Shown here: positions 54,890 through 63,878 of the stretch, piece after piece | How positions within the stretch are numbered: position 1 is the first letter of the stretch | Layout: each line of letters begins with the position of its first letter | NCBI GenBank assembly: GCA_021783995.1 | Contig: JAJXTH010000005.1 | Location: 12,592 to 76,591 of the forward strand | Length of the DNA: 64,000 nucleotides | Reading direction: 5' to 3' | Source: Pseudomonadota bacterium | GTDB taxonomy: Bacteria; Pseudomonadota; Gammaproteobacteria; Burkholderiales; Gallionellaceae | Notes under the pieces: model-generated | The model's input: only the letters and a program-made list of their open reading frames with translations | Told to the model about the DNA's origin: nothing | Databases searched by the model: none | Translations under genes and position numbers: made by a program

Positions 54890-55168
54890 TCAATGCTCGC
54901 GGTTGTCCGGCAACGTGATGTTCAGTTCCAGCACGTCGTACTGGTCGTGCTTTTCAAGCTGAACCTTGAATGAATTCCTGTCCACATGGATGTATTTGGC
55001 GATCACTGCCATCAGTTCTTCCTGCAATGCCGGCAGATAATCCGGCGTTGCGGTGCCCCTGCCCGCGCGCTCGTGGGCGAGTATGATCTGCAGTCGTTCC
55101 TTTGCGACGGCTGCAGATTTTTTTTCTCCGCCACGCAGATAATCGATCAGGCTGGCTATCATGGACAT
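54890..55168 (-). CDS. minE: Cell division topological specificity factor MinE
   Basis: 92 aa. [18 protein letters not shown] is the MinE signature. It lies directly downstream of minD. Confidence 0.9.
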   Translation of the reverse strand: MSMIASLIDYLRGGEKKSAAVAKERLQIILAHERAGRGTATPDYLPALQEELMAVIAKYIHVDRNSFKVQLEKHDQYDVLELNITLPDNREH

Positions 55169-55169
55169 C

Positions 55170-55979
55170 TCAGGCTCCTCCCAGGAGGCGCTTGAAGAAT
55201 CCCGCCTTCTCTGTCAGGAAGCGCATTTGCACTTCTTCTCCCATGAAGCGCCTCACCGCATCCTTGTACGCATCGGCCACATCGCTCTTTTCCAGATGTA
55301 TTGCGGGGTTGCCCGCATTGGATGCCTGAAGCACCGCTTCGGATTCCGGAATCACGCCAAGCAGCGGAATGCGCAGGATCTCCTGGATATCCGTGACCGA
55401 GAGCATCTCGCCGGCATTCACGCGTTTGGGATCGTAGCGGGTGACCAGCAGATGCTCCTTGACAGGCTCCTGCCCTTCGACCGCGCGTTTCGATTTCGCA
55501 GCCAGTATACCGAGGATGCGGTCCGAGTCGCGCACGGAAGAGACTTCCGGATTGGTGACCACCAGCGCCTCATCGGCGAAATACATCGCGGTGAATGCGC
55601 CCGCCTCTATCCCGGCAGGAGAATCGCAGACGATGAAATCGAAGCTTTCCTTCAATTCATTGAGTATGCGCCCTACGCCTTCCAGGCTCAACGCATCCTT
55701 GTCCCGGGTTTGCGATGCGGGCAATATGTGCAGGTTGTCGCAGTTCTTGTCCTTGATCAGCGCTTGCTTCAACGAGACCTCGCCGTTGATGACGTTGATG
55801 ATGTCATACACCACGCGGCGCTCGCATCCCATGATGAGATCGAGATTGCGCAGGCCGACGTCGAAATCGATCACTGCGGTCTTGTTGCCGCGCAGCGCAA
55901 GGCCGCTCGAAAAACTGGCGCTGGTCGTGGTTTTTCCCACGCCCCCCTTGCCCGAAGTCACAACGATCACTTTAGCCAC
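55170..55979 (-). CDS. minD: Septum site-determining ATPase MinD
   Basis: 269 aa. Deviant Walker [12 protein letters not shown] and a C-terminal amphipathic helix GFFKRLLGG. Confidence 0.93.
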   Translation of the reverse strand: MAKVIVVTSGKGGVGKTTTSASFSSGLALRGNKTAVIDFDVGLRNLDLIMGCERRVVYDIINVINGEVSLKQALIKDKNCDNLHILPASQTRDKDALSLEGVGRILNELKESFDFIVCDSPAGIEAGAFTAMYFADEALVVTNPEVSSVRDSDRILGILAAKSKRAVEGQEPVKEHLLVTRYDPKRVNAGEMLSVTDIQEILRIPLLGVIPESEAVLQASNAGNPAIHLEKSDVADAYKDAVRRFMGEEVQMRFLTEKAGFFKRLLGGA

Positions 55980-56048
55980 GTTTCATTTCCCGATGAATTG
56001 ATGATAGGAGCGCATTTTACCCGCAAAGCGCGATTACAAAAAACTATG

Positions 56049-56801
56049 TCACTTGGTCATGGGTTCGATCAGGAGGCGGGAACCATCCAATCTGACCTGG
56101 GCCGGTTTTGCGCGCACATTTTCCGGCATTTCATCTTCCAGCACCTTGAAGCAGCCAGCGATCGACAAGAGCTCTGCCTCCATGCCCTGCACGAAGATGC
56201 GCGCGGATTCGTTGCCTCGCGCACCTGCAATCGCGCGTCCACGCATGGGTGCATAGACATGTATGTCGCCATCGGCGATCAGTTCCGCCCCGGCATTGAC
56301 GATAGCCAACACCACCAGATTCGCGCCCTCAGCATAGATACTCTGCCCCGTGCGCACGGGTTTTTCGATGACCAGGGTCGGACGCATCGACACCTGAGGC
56401 TTGGCGACAGGGACATCCTCATTGAATCCTGGAAGCTCAGCCTGCTGCGGTTCGGTAACAGGCGGTTTTTCGCTTTTTTGTGGCACTGCTGACAGAAATT
56501 GCGCGAGACCCGCCCTGGCTGCCGCATCCCTTTGCGCATCGGAACCGCCGACGATGCCGGCCGCACGCATGCGATGAACAGTCATGAATGAGGTCAATGC
56601 AGAAAAATCGGGTATTGCATCGATATCGGCTATGGCTGAGAGCTCCAGCACGATGGGCGTGTTCGCAAAGAAATCCGGCGTCTTCTCGAGCCGTAATGCG
56701 AGCTCTTTTTGCAGCTTTTGAATGTCCGTGGTTAGCAAGTGAAGCTTCAGCACCGGAAGATTTCCGGTCTTGATCTTGAATGCGGGTTCTTCTGTCGTCA
56801 T
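56049..56801 (-). CDS. minC: Septum site-determining protein MinC
   Basis: 250 aa. The C-terminal beta-helix region VRTGQSIYAEGANLVVLAIVNAGAELIADGDIHVYAPMRGRAIAG is typical of MinC. Confidence 0.88.
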   Translation of the reverse strand: MTTEEPAFKIKTGNLPVLKLHLLTTDIQKLQKELALRLEKTPDFFANTPIVLELSAIADIDAIPDFSALTSFMTVHRMRAAGIVGGSDAQRDAAARAGLAQFLSAVPQKSEKPPVTEPQQAELPGFNEDVPVAKPQVSMRPTLVIEKPVRTGQSIYAEGANLVVLAIVNAGAELIADGDIHVYAPMRGRAIAGARGNESARIFVQGMEAELLSIAGCFKVLEDEMPENVRAKPAQVRLDGSRLLIEPMTK

Positions 56802-56883
56802 GTTCTTGAAAAATCGGACCGCATCGGCAGTCTCAGATTGAGAGCATGAATTTTACCTCAGAAACGCCGCCGAGTTGAAATGA

Positions 56884-58083
56884 TTACAGGTAGCTGAACA
56901 TGGAAAGATTGGCAACCTGAACAAAAGATTTTTGCGCTGCCTGCAAAATCGTCTGCTGCTGGTCAAGGTTGCTGATAGCCTGCGTTACATTGGTGTCCTG
57001 CAACGTGGATAAGGTCTGTTGCAGCTGCAAATTCACACTGCTTCCTGTTGTCTGCAACGAATTGATTTCATTGATGCGCAAACCCAGAGAGGTTTGCGTA
57101 TTCAACACGTTGTTGAGTGCATTGTCGATATTGCCAAGACCGCTGTTGAGACTGTTGGTCAGCGCAGCACCTGTCGTGGGAGATTGCAGCGCAGTGATCA
57201 GATTGGAAATCGTCGTGAACATGCTCTGGTTCGTGCTGGGCGCAACCGTAAAGCTGTCCCCTGCCGAGGGCGTTCCCTGTATGCTCACCTGCATGCCATT
57301 AAAGGATATCGCCTGCCCGCTTACATAAGGCTGCGAAGTCTGACCCGTCACCGGCAGTCCGGTCGTGGTATCGACTACGGAATATGTCGTCCCGCTGGTG
57401 CCGATGGTGATGCTGTAGCTGTCATTCATCAAAGGCGTTGTCGGACCTGTCACAGAGCCGGCGCTGATGATCCCGCTGCCTGTATTCGTTGTCGCGGCCT
57501 GCGTCACAAAGGTGCCATTGCCGTTCTTGATGCGCATGAAGACATTTGCCCCGCTGTCGTTCACGGGAATCTGGCGCCCTGAACCCACCTGCATCGTGCG
57601 CTGCCCATTATCGCCAAAATAAGCCACACCGGCTGGAGTCGAAACGAATGGCTCAGTCTGGGACTGAAATCCGGAAAACATGTAATTTCCAGTCGAGTCC
57701 GTGCTGTTGGCAAGCCCCATCAGCTCCTGCAGCTGGCCGCTCAGGGTTGCCGCCATGGTTGCGCGGTCGCTCGCATTGAGCGAACCGTTTCCGGCGGACA
57801 CGACCGTCGTTCTGACGTTCTGCATCAGGTTGGTCACGCTCTGCAAAGTGCTTTCCTCGAGCGACACGGCGTTGAGCGCAGCAGTACCGCTTGCAGACTG
57901 CTGGTTATTGATGGCGATATTCTGTGTGACGGATAACACCTGAGTATAGGCGACCGGATCTGTCGCCGCATTGGTCAACTGCATGCCGCTTGCGACCTGC
58001 TGCTGGGTCGCTGCCAGCTGTGCCTGCTGCTGATTCATCAAGGCCACATTATTGGAAAATATCGTGCCGGAACTGATACGCAT
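56884..58083 (-). CDS. flgL: Flagellar hook-associated protein 3 (FlgL), 399 aa
   Basis: N-terminal MRISSGTIFSN..., flagellin-like termini, and a position immediately after flgK. Confidence 0.85.
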   Translation of the reverse strand: MRISSGTIFSNNVALMNQQQAQLAATQQQVASGMQLTNAATDPVAYTQVLSVTQNIAINNQQSASGTAALNAVSLEESTLQSVTNLMQNVRTTVVSAGNGSLNASDRATMAATLSGQLQELMGLANSTDSTGNYMFSGFQSQTEPFVSTPAGVAYFGDNGQRTMQVGSGRQIPVNDSGANVFMRIKNGNGTFVTQAATTNTGSGIISAGSVTGPTTPLMNDSYSITIGTSGTTYSVVDTTTGLPVTGQTSQPYVSGQAISFNGMQVSIQGTPSAGDSFTVAPSTNQSMFTTISNLITALQSPTTGAALTNSLNSGLGNIDNALNNVLNTQTSLGLRINEINSLQTTGSSVNLQLQQTLSTLQDTNVTQAISNLDQQQTILQAAQKSFVQVANLSMFSYL

Positions 58084-58090
58084 GGGTCAC

Positions 58091-60862
58091 CTACCTCAAT
58101 GTCAGCAGAGAATCGAACATCGTGTTGGCAATCTGCATCGCCTTGGCCGAGGCCTGATAGGCGCGCTGATATTGCAGCAAATTGGCCGCCTCTTCATCCA
58201 GATTGACACCCGATACCGCCTGCTGCGCTGCAACAGTCTGGGTCACCAGCGTCGTCTGCGCCGCACTGGTGGTCGTCAACTCGCTGGTTTTCGAGCCCAC
58301 GGCGCCGACCATCTGGTTGAATTGCCCAAGCAGCGTGGTCGTGCCATTGGACATCAGGTTCTGGCTTTGCAAGCTGGCCATCAGGAGCGCATTGCGATTA
58401 TCCCCTGTCCCGGTAGTATTGGGCGCGACGTTGAACACATCCCCTGCAGATGGCGTGCCGCTCACCTGTATTGTCCAGCCGTTGTAGCTGATGTTTTGAC
58501 CAGACACATAGGACACCGAGCCCGTAACTGCAGGAATCGCACCGGACACCGTATATGAGGTCGGCGGATTGTTGAACATGATGGCAAAAGGCTGCACGCT
58601 CAGCGCACCGCCTGTGATGACACCCGATCCTGTATTGCTCGAGGCCGGTGTTGCCAGCATGGTCGTTGCGCTGCTGCCCTGGGTCACGTTGAACGTATCG
58701 CCAGTCTGAGGCGCACCCGTGATCTGCGTCGTCCAGCCGTTATAGCTGATATTGCCACCACTTGTATAAGTTCCTGATCCCAGTGTTACAGGAGCGGGTG
58801 GCGTGCCCGTCATCTCGACCACGTTGTAAGCGGCGGGACTGGTAAAGTTGATGCTGACTGGACTCAGGTTGTATGAACCATTGCTGACCGTCGCTGTACC
58901 GCTGTTCGCACCGACACTGAACACATCGCCCGCAACAGGCGCATTTGCACCTGTTGCAAGCTGCATGGTCCAGCCGTTATAACTGATATTGGGCGCTGTA
59001 TAGGTCTGAGTACCTGTCACAGCCGGCACAGCGCCCGTCACGGTATAAGTGTTTGTGCCGGTGAACGTGATGGTGACCGGGTTCTGAAGATTCGGATTGG
59101 TCGGCGTATTGATCGTGATGCCGGCGATTTTGCTGGTGGTACTGCCAGGAGTAATACCCATGAAGCCCGAATTTGCAGCAGCGAACGACGTCACACTCGC
59201 ACCAGTGCCAGTCGAGAGGTTGTCGGCCAGTATGATCGCAGCACCACCAGACTTGGTGATCTGCACAGTACCCGCCGTGAATGAACCTGTATATGTATAA
59301 CCCGGATTTGCGGCAACAAAAGCCGACAAAGCCGTATCCAGATTTGCGGCAGTGAGCAATGGACCTGTCTGACCCGCCGCAATGCTGGCGGATAAAAGGG
59401 TTTTTCCGTCGATGGTGAAGGTGTCGGTTGTGGCCGTTGAGCCGGCAGTCGTCACTGCAGAATCGGTGATCGTACCGGATGGAACTGTGGTGATGTTAGG
59501 TGCATTCGTCGCCCTGATCGATGCTGTCCCGTTGAATGGCAAGGCTGCGGCTACCTGTGTAGGATCGGTGGTGGTCATCGCGATGGATCCTGCCGCATTG
59601 GCCGTGGGGCGAATCAAAAAGCTGTCCCCGGCATTCATCGTTCCTGAGCCCAATGCAATCGCCACGCCGTCGACAACCGTCCCGGGTGCAGTCAATTGAG
59701 CCGCTGTCAACTGCGTCACCGTATTGTCGGAAAGCCGCGTAAGCGTGTAATTGGTTCCATCGTATTTTAGCTGATAGTCGCTGGCCGTCATCGCCGACAC
59801 ATTGGCTATCGTGGCAGTCACGGAACCCGTCCCGGTATTGGCTGCATTCCCGCTCACCGAAGGCGGGGCAATGTTCATCAGCGCAGCACCGGGTTTGCCG
59901 TTCAGGTCCTGTCCCAACTGGTTCTGCCGGTTGATGTTGCTGGCAAATCCCAGCGCAACCAGCCCCAATGCATTCTGCGCTGGTTGCAAATTCTGCTCGC
60001 GGAATGCGAGGTACGCCCCCAGATTCCCGCCCTGCAAACTGCTTTGCTGAATGGGTATCGTCTTGCCATTGTTCAGATACGCCACGCTTACGCTCGAAGG
60101 ATCATTGGGATTCTGCATTGTCTGCAAAGACATGGCCTGATTGCCTATCACCAGCGCTTGACCGCTGCCGACAAACACATTCATCGAGCCATCAGACTGC
60201 TGCTGGGTCGTCACACCGACCTGTTGGTTCAACTGGTTGACCAGTTGATCCCGCTGGTCGAGCAGATCATTGGGCGGCTGGCCGTTATTGGATGCCATCG
60301 CCGTTGTAATGCTGGCATTGAGCGTCGCGATCTGTTGAGCGTAGGTATTGATCTGATTCAGGCTGTTGGAAATTTGCCCATTCAGCGCGCTGGAAATGGT
60401 GGTCAGCCCCTGGCTCACCGATTGAAAACTGTCGACGGCAGTCTGAGCCGAGCTCAGCACCGTTTGACGCGCAGGAACGGAAGTCGGCGTATTGGCCAGG
60501 CCATTGACTGCGTCGAACACCCCCTGCATCGCATTGGAGACACCGGAAGTCGAGTTGGAAACCAGATTGTCAACCTGCGTCATCGAGGTGAGATAAGTAT
60601 TGAGATAGCTCGACTGATTCTGCTGCTGCAAAACCTGGGTTGACAGGAACTGATCGTACATCCGCTTCACTGTGACCACATTAACGCCCTGCCCGACGAA
60701 CCCGGAGCCCGTACCTTGCGCATCAGGAGTCCCCAGGACAACCTGCTGGCGCGTGTAGCCTGGAGTATTGGCGTTGGCGATGTTGTGCTGAGTCGTGTTC
60801 AACTCGTACATCGCAGCATTCAAGCCGCTCAATGATGCTGCAAATATGTTGTTGCTTCCCAT
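58091..60862 (-). CDS. flgK: Flagellar hook-associated protein 1 (FlgK), unusually long (923 aa)
   Basis: N-terminus SLSGLNAAMYELNTTQHNIANANTPGYTRQ and C-terminus GVNLDEEAANLLQYQRAYQASAKAMQIANTMFDSLLTL are canonical FlgK. The central region carries extra repeated modules. Confidence 0.9.
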   Translation of the reverse strand: MGSNNIFAASLSGLNAAMYELNTTQHNIANANTPGYTRQQVVLGTPDAQGTGSGFVGQGVNVVTVKRMYDQFLSTQVLQQQNQSSYLNTYLTSMTQVDNLVSNSTSGVSNAMQGVFDAVNGLANTPTSVPARQTVLSSAQTAVDSFQSVSQGLTTISSALNGQISNSLNQINTYAQQIATLNASITTAMASNNGQPPNDLLDQRDQLVNQLNQQVGVTTQQQSDGSMNVFVGSGQALVIGNQAMSLQTMQNPNDPSSVSVAYLNNGKTIPIQQSSLQGGNLGAYLAFREQNLQPAQNALGLVALGFASNINRQNQLGQDLNGKPGAALMNIAPPSVSGNAANTGTGSVTATIANVSAMTASDYQLKYDGTNYTLTRLSDNTVTQLTAAQLTAPGTVVDGVAIALGSGTMNAGDSFLIRPTANAAGSIAMTTTDPTQVAAALPFNGTASIRATNAPNITTVPSGTITDSAVTTAGSTATTDTFTIDGKTLLSASIAAGQTGPLLTAANLDTALSAFVAANPGYTYTGSFTAGTVQITKSGGAAIILADNLSTGTGASVTSFAAANSGFMGITPGSTTSKIAGITINTPTNPNLQNPVTITFTGTNTYTVTGAVPAVTGTQTYTAPNISYNGWTMQLATGANAPVAGDVFSVGANSGTATVSNGSYNLSPVSINFTSPAAYNVVEMTGTPPAPVTLGSGTYTSGGNISYNGWTTQITGAPQTGDTFNVTQGSSATTMLATPASSNTGSGVITGGALSVQPFAIMFNNPPTSYTVSGAIPAVTGSVSYVSGQNISYNGWTIQVSGTPSAGDVFNVAPNTTGTGDNRNALLMASLQSQNLMSNGTTTLLGQFNQMVGAVGSKTSELTTTSAAQTTLVTQTVAAQQAVSGVNLDEEAANLLQYQRAYQASAKAMQIANTMFDSLLTLR

Positions 60863-60892
60863 GATGCGCCCTTCCGCAACCTACCTGACACT

Positions 60893-60919
60893 ATATCGGC
60901 AATTCCTTGAATTTCTTTA
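60893..60919 (-). promoter_or_regulatory. Sigma28-type promoter upstream of flgK-flgL
   Basis: The minus strand reads TAAAGAAA-N11-GCCGATAT. It lies about 30 nt upstream of the flgK ATG, which is preceded by the SD ggaaggg. Confidence 0.7.
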
Positions 60920-60997
60920 GGGAGACACTGATTTACTCGGTTTCGTCGTTCCCGCGCAGGCGGAAACCCAGTTTTACAAAGGCACTGGTTCCCCGCT

Positions 60998-61053
60998 TGA
61001 TGAACCAACTAAGTATTGACTAAGCAATCAAACCACGATTGCAAAGTCACTAC
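60998..61053 (+). repeat. Intergenic repeat element, copy B (hairpin 61018-61048)
   Basis: tgatgaaccaactaagtattgactaagcaatcaaaccacgattgcaaagtcactac aligns with 36577-36633. Confidence 0.6.
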
Positions 61054-61097
61054 ATATTTGCGGGGAAGACGAATAAATAAGTGTTTCCTTAGAGTGA

Positions 61098-61985
61098 TCA
61101 ACCTGCAATATTCATCTGCCTCATCACGCTCACCAGCTTTTCGGCGTACTTAGGATCTGTCGCGTAGCCCGATTTCTGCAGCGCCTGCGCCATGCCTGTC
61201 GGATTTCCGCTTTGCTGCATCACGCCGGCATATCTCGGGTTGCTGCTCAACATGTTAGCATAATCCTTGAATGCTTCGTCATAGGAGTCATAGGCGCGAA
61301 ATTTCTCCACCTGCTTGCATGCGACGCCGTTTCTGTATTCCGTGGTAGTCACCTCTGCCACCTTGCCGTGCCAGTTGGCCCCCGCCTTGACGCCGAACAG
61401 GTTGTGGCTCTTCGTCCCGTCCGGCATCAGGATCTGCCGCCTTCCCCAGCCGCTTTCAAGCGCCGCCTGGCTCAGCATCAGTTCAGGCGGCACCCCGCTC
61501 GCAGAGCTTGCCTTCAGCGCATGGGGCGTCATCTGGTTCACGAAATCCTGCTGCGTTGCCGCATTGTAGGCGGAAGGCACAGCCGAAGATTGAGGATTGG
61601 AGACTGAAGATTGAGGATTGAGGATTGAGGATTGGGGATTCAAAGCGCCTGGCGCAAGCTGCTGGCTTCTGAGCGCAGATCCCTGTCCGTTCTGGCTGAG
61701 CTGTTTCACCAGCATGTCGGCCAGGCCGACGCCGCGGCCGGAAGACATGTTCTGAGCGAGCTGCTGGTCCAGCATCCCGGTGAACATCCTGGTCTGCTCG
61801 TTGTCGAATGCGCCATCCTGGGGTGTTGCATCGCGCATGCTTTTGAGCATCATGTTCATGAATAGCGCCTCGAACTGCTGTGCAGCCGCCTTTAGCGCCT
61901 TGTCCGGCGTCTTGGAAGCTTGCAGCTTCAGTTGCCCCAGCGCCTTGGCATCGATTGCGAGACCCGGATTCGCTTGCAGCGCCAT
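61098..61985 (-). CDS. flgJ: Flagellar rod assembly protein / peptidoglycan hydrolase FlgJ
   Basis: 295 aa. N-terminal rod-binding domain (AAQQFEALFMNMMLKSMRDA) and C-terminal glucosaminidase domain (QAALESGWG...NLFGVK...YATDPKYAEKL). Confidence 0.9.
   Translation of the reverse strand: MALQANPGLAIDAKALGQLKLQASKTPDKALKAAAQQFEALFMNMMLKSMRDATPQDGAFDNEQTRMFTGMLDQQLAQNMSSGRGVGLADMLVKQLSQNGQGSALRSQQLAPGALNPQSSILNPQSSVSNPQSSAVPSAYNAATQQDFVNQMTPHALKASSASGVPPELMLSQAALESGWGRRQILMPDGTKSHNLFGVKAGANWHGKVAEVTTTEYRNGVACKQVEKFRAYDSYDEAFKDYANMLSSNPRYAGVMQQSGNPTGMAQALQKSGYATDPKYAEKLVSVMRQMNIAG
61585..61647. repeat. Three tandem 21-bp units (built from the heptamer gaggatt) inside flgJ
   Basis: They encode LNPQSSI-LNPQSSV-SNPQSSA in the linker between the two FlgJ domains. 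The heptamer gaggatt is directly repeated at 61613-61633. Confidence 0.85.
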
Positions 61986-63140
61986 TTAGATCACCTCAAG
62001 CTCTGCATGCAATGCGCCGGCCGACTTCATCGCCTGAAGGATCGCGAGCAGATCCTGGGGGGTGGCGCCTATCGCATTGAGCGCCTTGACCACTTCGGTA
62101 AGGGAAGTCCCTTTGGGCAATTGCACAAGCTCTCCCTTGTCGCTCTTCACGTCTATCGTCGATTTTTCGGTGACGACGGTCTGTCCTTGCGAGAAGGCAT
62201 TGGGCTGGCTCACGGACTTGTCGGTATTGATCACAACCGTCAGGTTTCCATGCGCCACTGCGCAGGAATCCAGCGTGACGAGCTGGTTCATCACCACTGA
62301 GCCCGTGCGCGCATTGATGATCACCTTGGCCGCTCCCTGCGCAGGATCTATCTCAATGTTTTCAATTCTCGAAATGAAACCGACCAGGCCGTCTCCCTGC
62401 ACCGCCTTCACTTCGATCACGCGTCCGTCCTGTGCGACGGCCGTGCCTGGCCCAAGCCTCGAATTGATCGCATTGACCACGCGTTCGGCTGTCGTGAAGT
62501 CATTGCTGTTGAGTTCGAGATGGATGTAATCTCCCTGCCCTAGCAGGCTCGGCACGGCGCGCTCGACCGTCGCACCCGCAGGTACTCTCCCCACGCTAAG
62601 ATGGTTGACCTGAAGAGAAGAGCCTCCCGAGGAAGCCCCCACGCCGCCGACCAGTACATTGCCCTGGGCCATCGCATAAACCTGGCCGTCCGCACCTTTC
62701 AGAGGCGTCATGAGGAGCGTTCCTCCGCTCAGGCTCCTGGCATTTCCAAGAGAGGATGCCGTCACGTCTATGGTTTGTCCTGGCTTCGAAAAGGGCGGCA
62801 AGGTTGCCGTCACCATCACGGCCGCAACATTCTTGAGCAACATGGTCGAGGCCACACTTTGCGGCATGTTCACGCCCAGTTGCGAGAGCATGCTGATGAT
62901 GCTCTGCACGGTAAAAGGCGTCTGTATGGTCTGATCGCCACTGCCATCGAGGCCCACTACCAGCCCATACCCTATCAGCTGGTTGTCGCGAACGCCCTGT
63001 ATGCTCGCCACATCCTTGATGCGGTCGGCATAGGCCGTGCTGCTGAATATGGATGACAGAAGCAAGATGACAGAAAGACCGAATGCTGCCTTTACGCCAC
63101 ACTTCATCTGATTGGACCATATCGAAATCATCTCTTTCAT
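61986..63140 (-). CDS. flgI: Flagellar P-ring protein FlgI
   Basis: Signal peptide ending SSTAYA, followed by DRIKDVASIQGVRDNQLIGYGLVVGLDGSGD, the canonical FlgI sequence. Start chosen at the ATG after the SD gaggg; the track start is 63155. Confidence 0.9.
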   Translation of the reverse strand: MKEMISIWSNQMKCGVKAAFGLSVILLLSSIFSSTAYADRIKDVASIQGVRDNQLIGYGLVVGLDGSGDQTIQTPFTVQSIISMLSQLGVNMPQSVASTMLLKNVAAVMVTATLPPFSKPGQTIDVTASSLGNARSLSGGTLLMTPLKGADGQVYAMAQGNVLVGGVGASSGGSSLQVNHLSVGRVPAGATVERAVPSLLGQGDYIHLELNSNDFTTAERVVNAINSRLGPGTAVAQDGRVIEVKAVQGDGLVGFISRIENIEIDPAQGAAKVIINARTGSVVMNQLVTLDSCAVAHGNLTVVINTDKSVSQPNAFSQGQTVVTEKSTIDVKSDKGELVQLPKGTSLTEVVKALNAIGATPQDLLAILQAMKSAGALHAELEVI

Positions 63141-63167
63141 GATCTTAACCCTCAATCCTGTATCGCG

Positions 63168-63878
63168 TCAGAACGGCAGAACGGACTTGAAGAACCTGCC
63201 CAGGAAGCCCAGCGATTTTGCATCGTTGATCACCTGACTCATCTCGCCCGCGTTCTTGTATTCAAGATGCGCATCCGCCACCTGGGTAGACTGAACCGTG
63301 TTGTTTGAAATAAAAATCGGATTGACTACCCCGGAAAACCGGATGAAATCGTTGCTGTTGGTCAATGCGACCTGTTTCTCGCCACTCACGACCAGATTGC
63401 CGTTGGGCAGCACCTCTATCACCGTCACCGTGATCGTGCCCGTCAGACTCTGGCTTGCAGCTCCCGAACCCGTGCTTGCTGACTGGTCCTTGTTGCTGCT
63501 GCTGATGTTGATCGGCTTCAGGAGTGTCGCCAACGCCGAACTTCCTGCCGTCCCCGATGTTCCGGACGTCACAGTGGGCGTTCCTGCCGCGCTGCTGTTG
63601 GACATCGACGAGCCATCGCTTGTGCTTCTGCTGCCTGTCGTCGATTCTGCGACGATGATGGTCAGCGTATCCCCCACGTTGCGTGCCCTTACATCCTCAA
63701 ATAGCGGATGTTCGCTGAGACTGGAATGGAAGATTGCACCATCGGCAGGCAGCACGGGCGGCGGGCTGGGCGGCTTGGCGGTCATCGGCTGCTTGATGCT
63801 GGTTGGGGGAACCGATGTATTGCAGGCAGCAAGCAGACAGGCTGCCAACAGAAGGCCGCTTTTGGCGATCGCTCGCAT
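63168..63878 (-). CDS. flgH: Flagellar L-ring lipoprotein FlgH
   Basis: 236 aa with lipobox LLAAC. SLFEDVRARNVGDTLTIIV and ITVTVIEVLPNGNLVVSGEKQV are FlgH signatures. Confidence 0.9.
   Translation of the reverse strand: MRAIAKSGLLLAACLLAACNTSVPPTSIKQPMTAKPPSPPPVLPADGAIFHSSLSEHPLFEDVRARNVGDTLTIIVAESTTGSRSTSDGSSMSNSSAAGTPTVTSGTSGTAGSSALATLLKPINISSSNKDQSASTGSGAASQSLTGTITVTVIEVLPNGNLVVSGEKQVALTNSNDFIRFSGVVNPIFISNNTVQSTQVADAHLEYKNAGEMSQVINDAKSLGFLGRFFKSVLPF

Noticed and set aside
55161-56492. 443-aa plus-strand ORF
   Set aside because: Antisense to minD and minC, both unambiguous. A shadow ORF.
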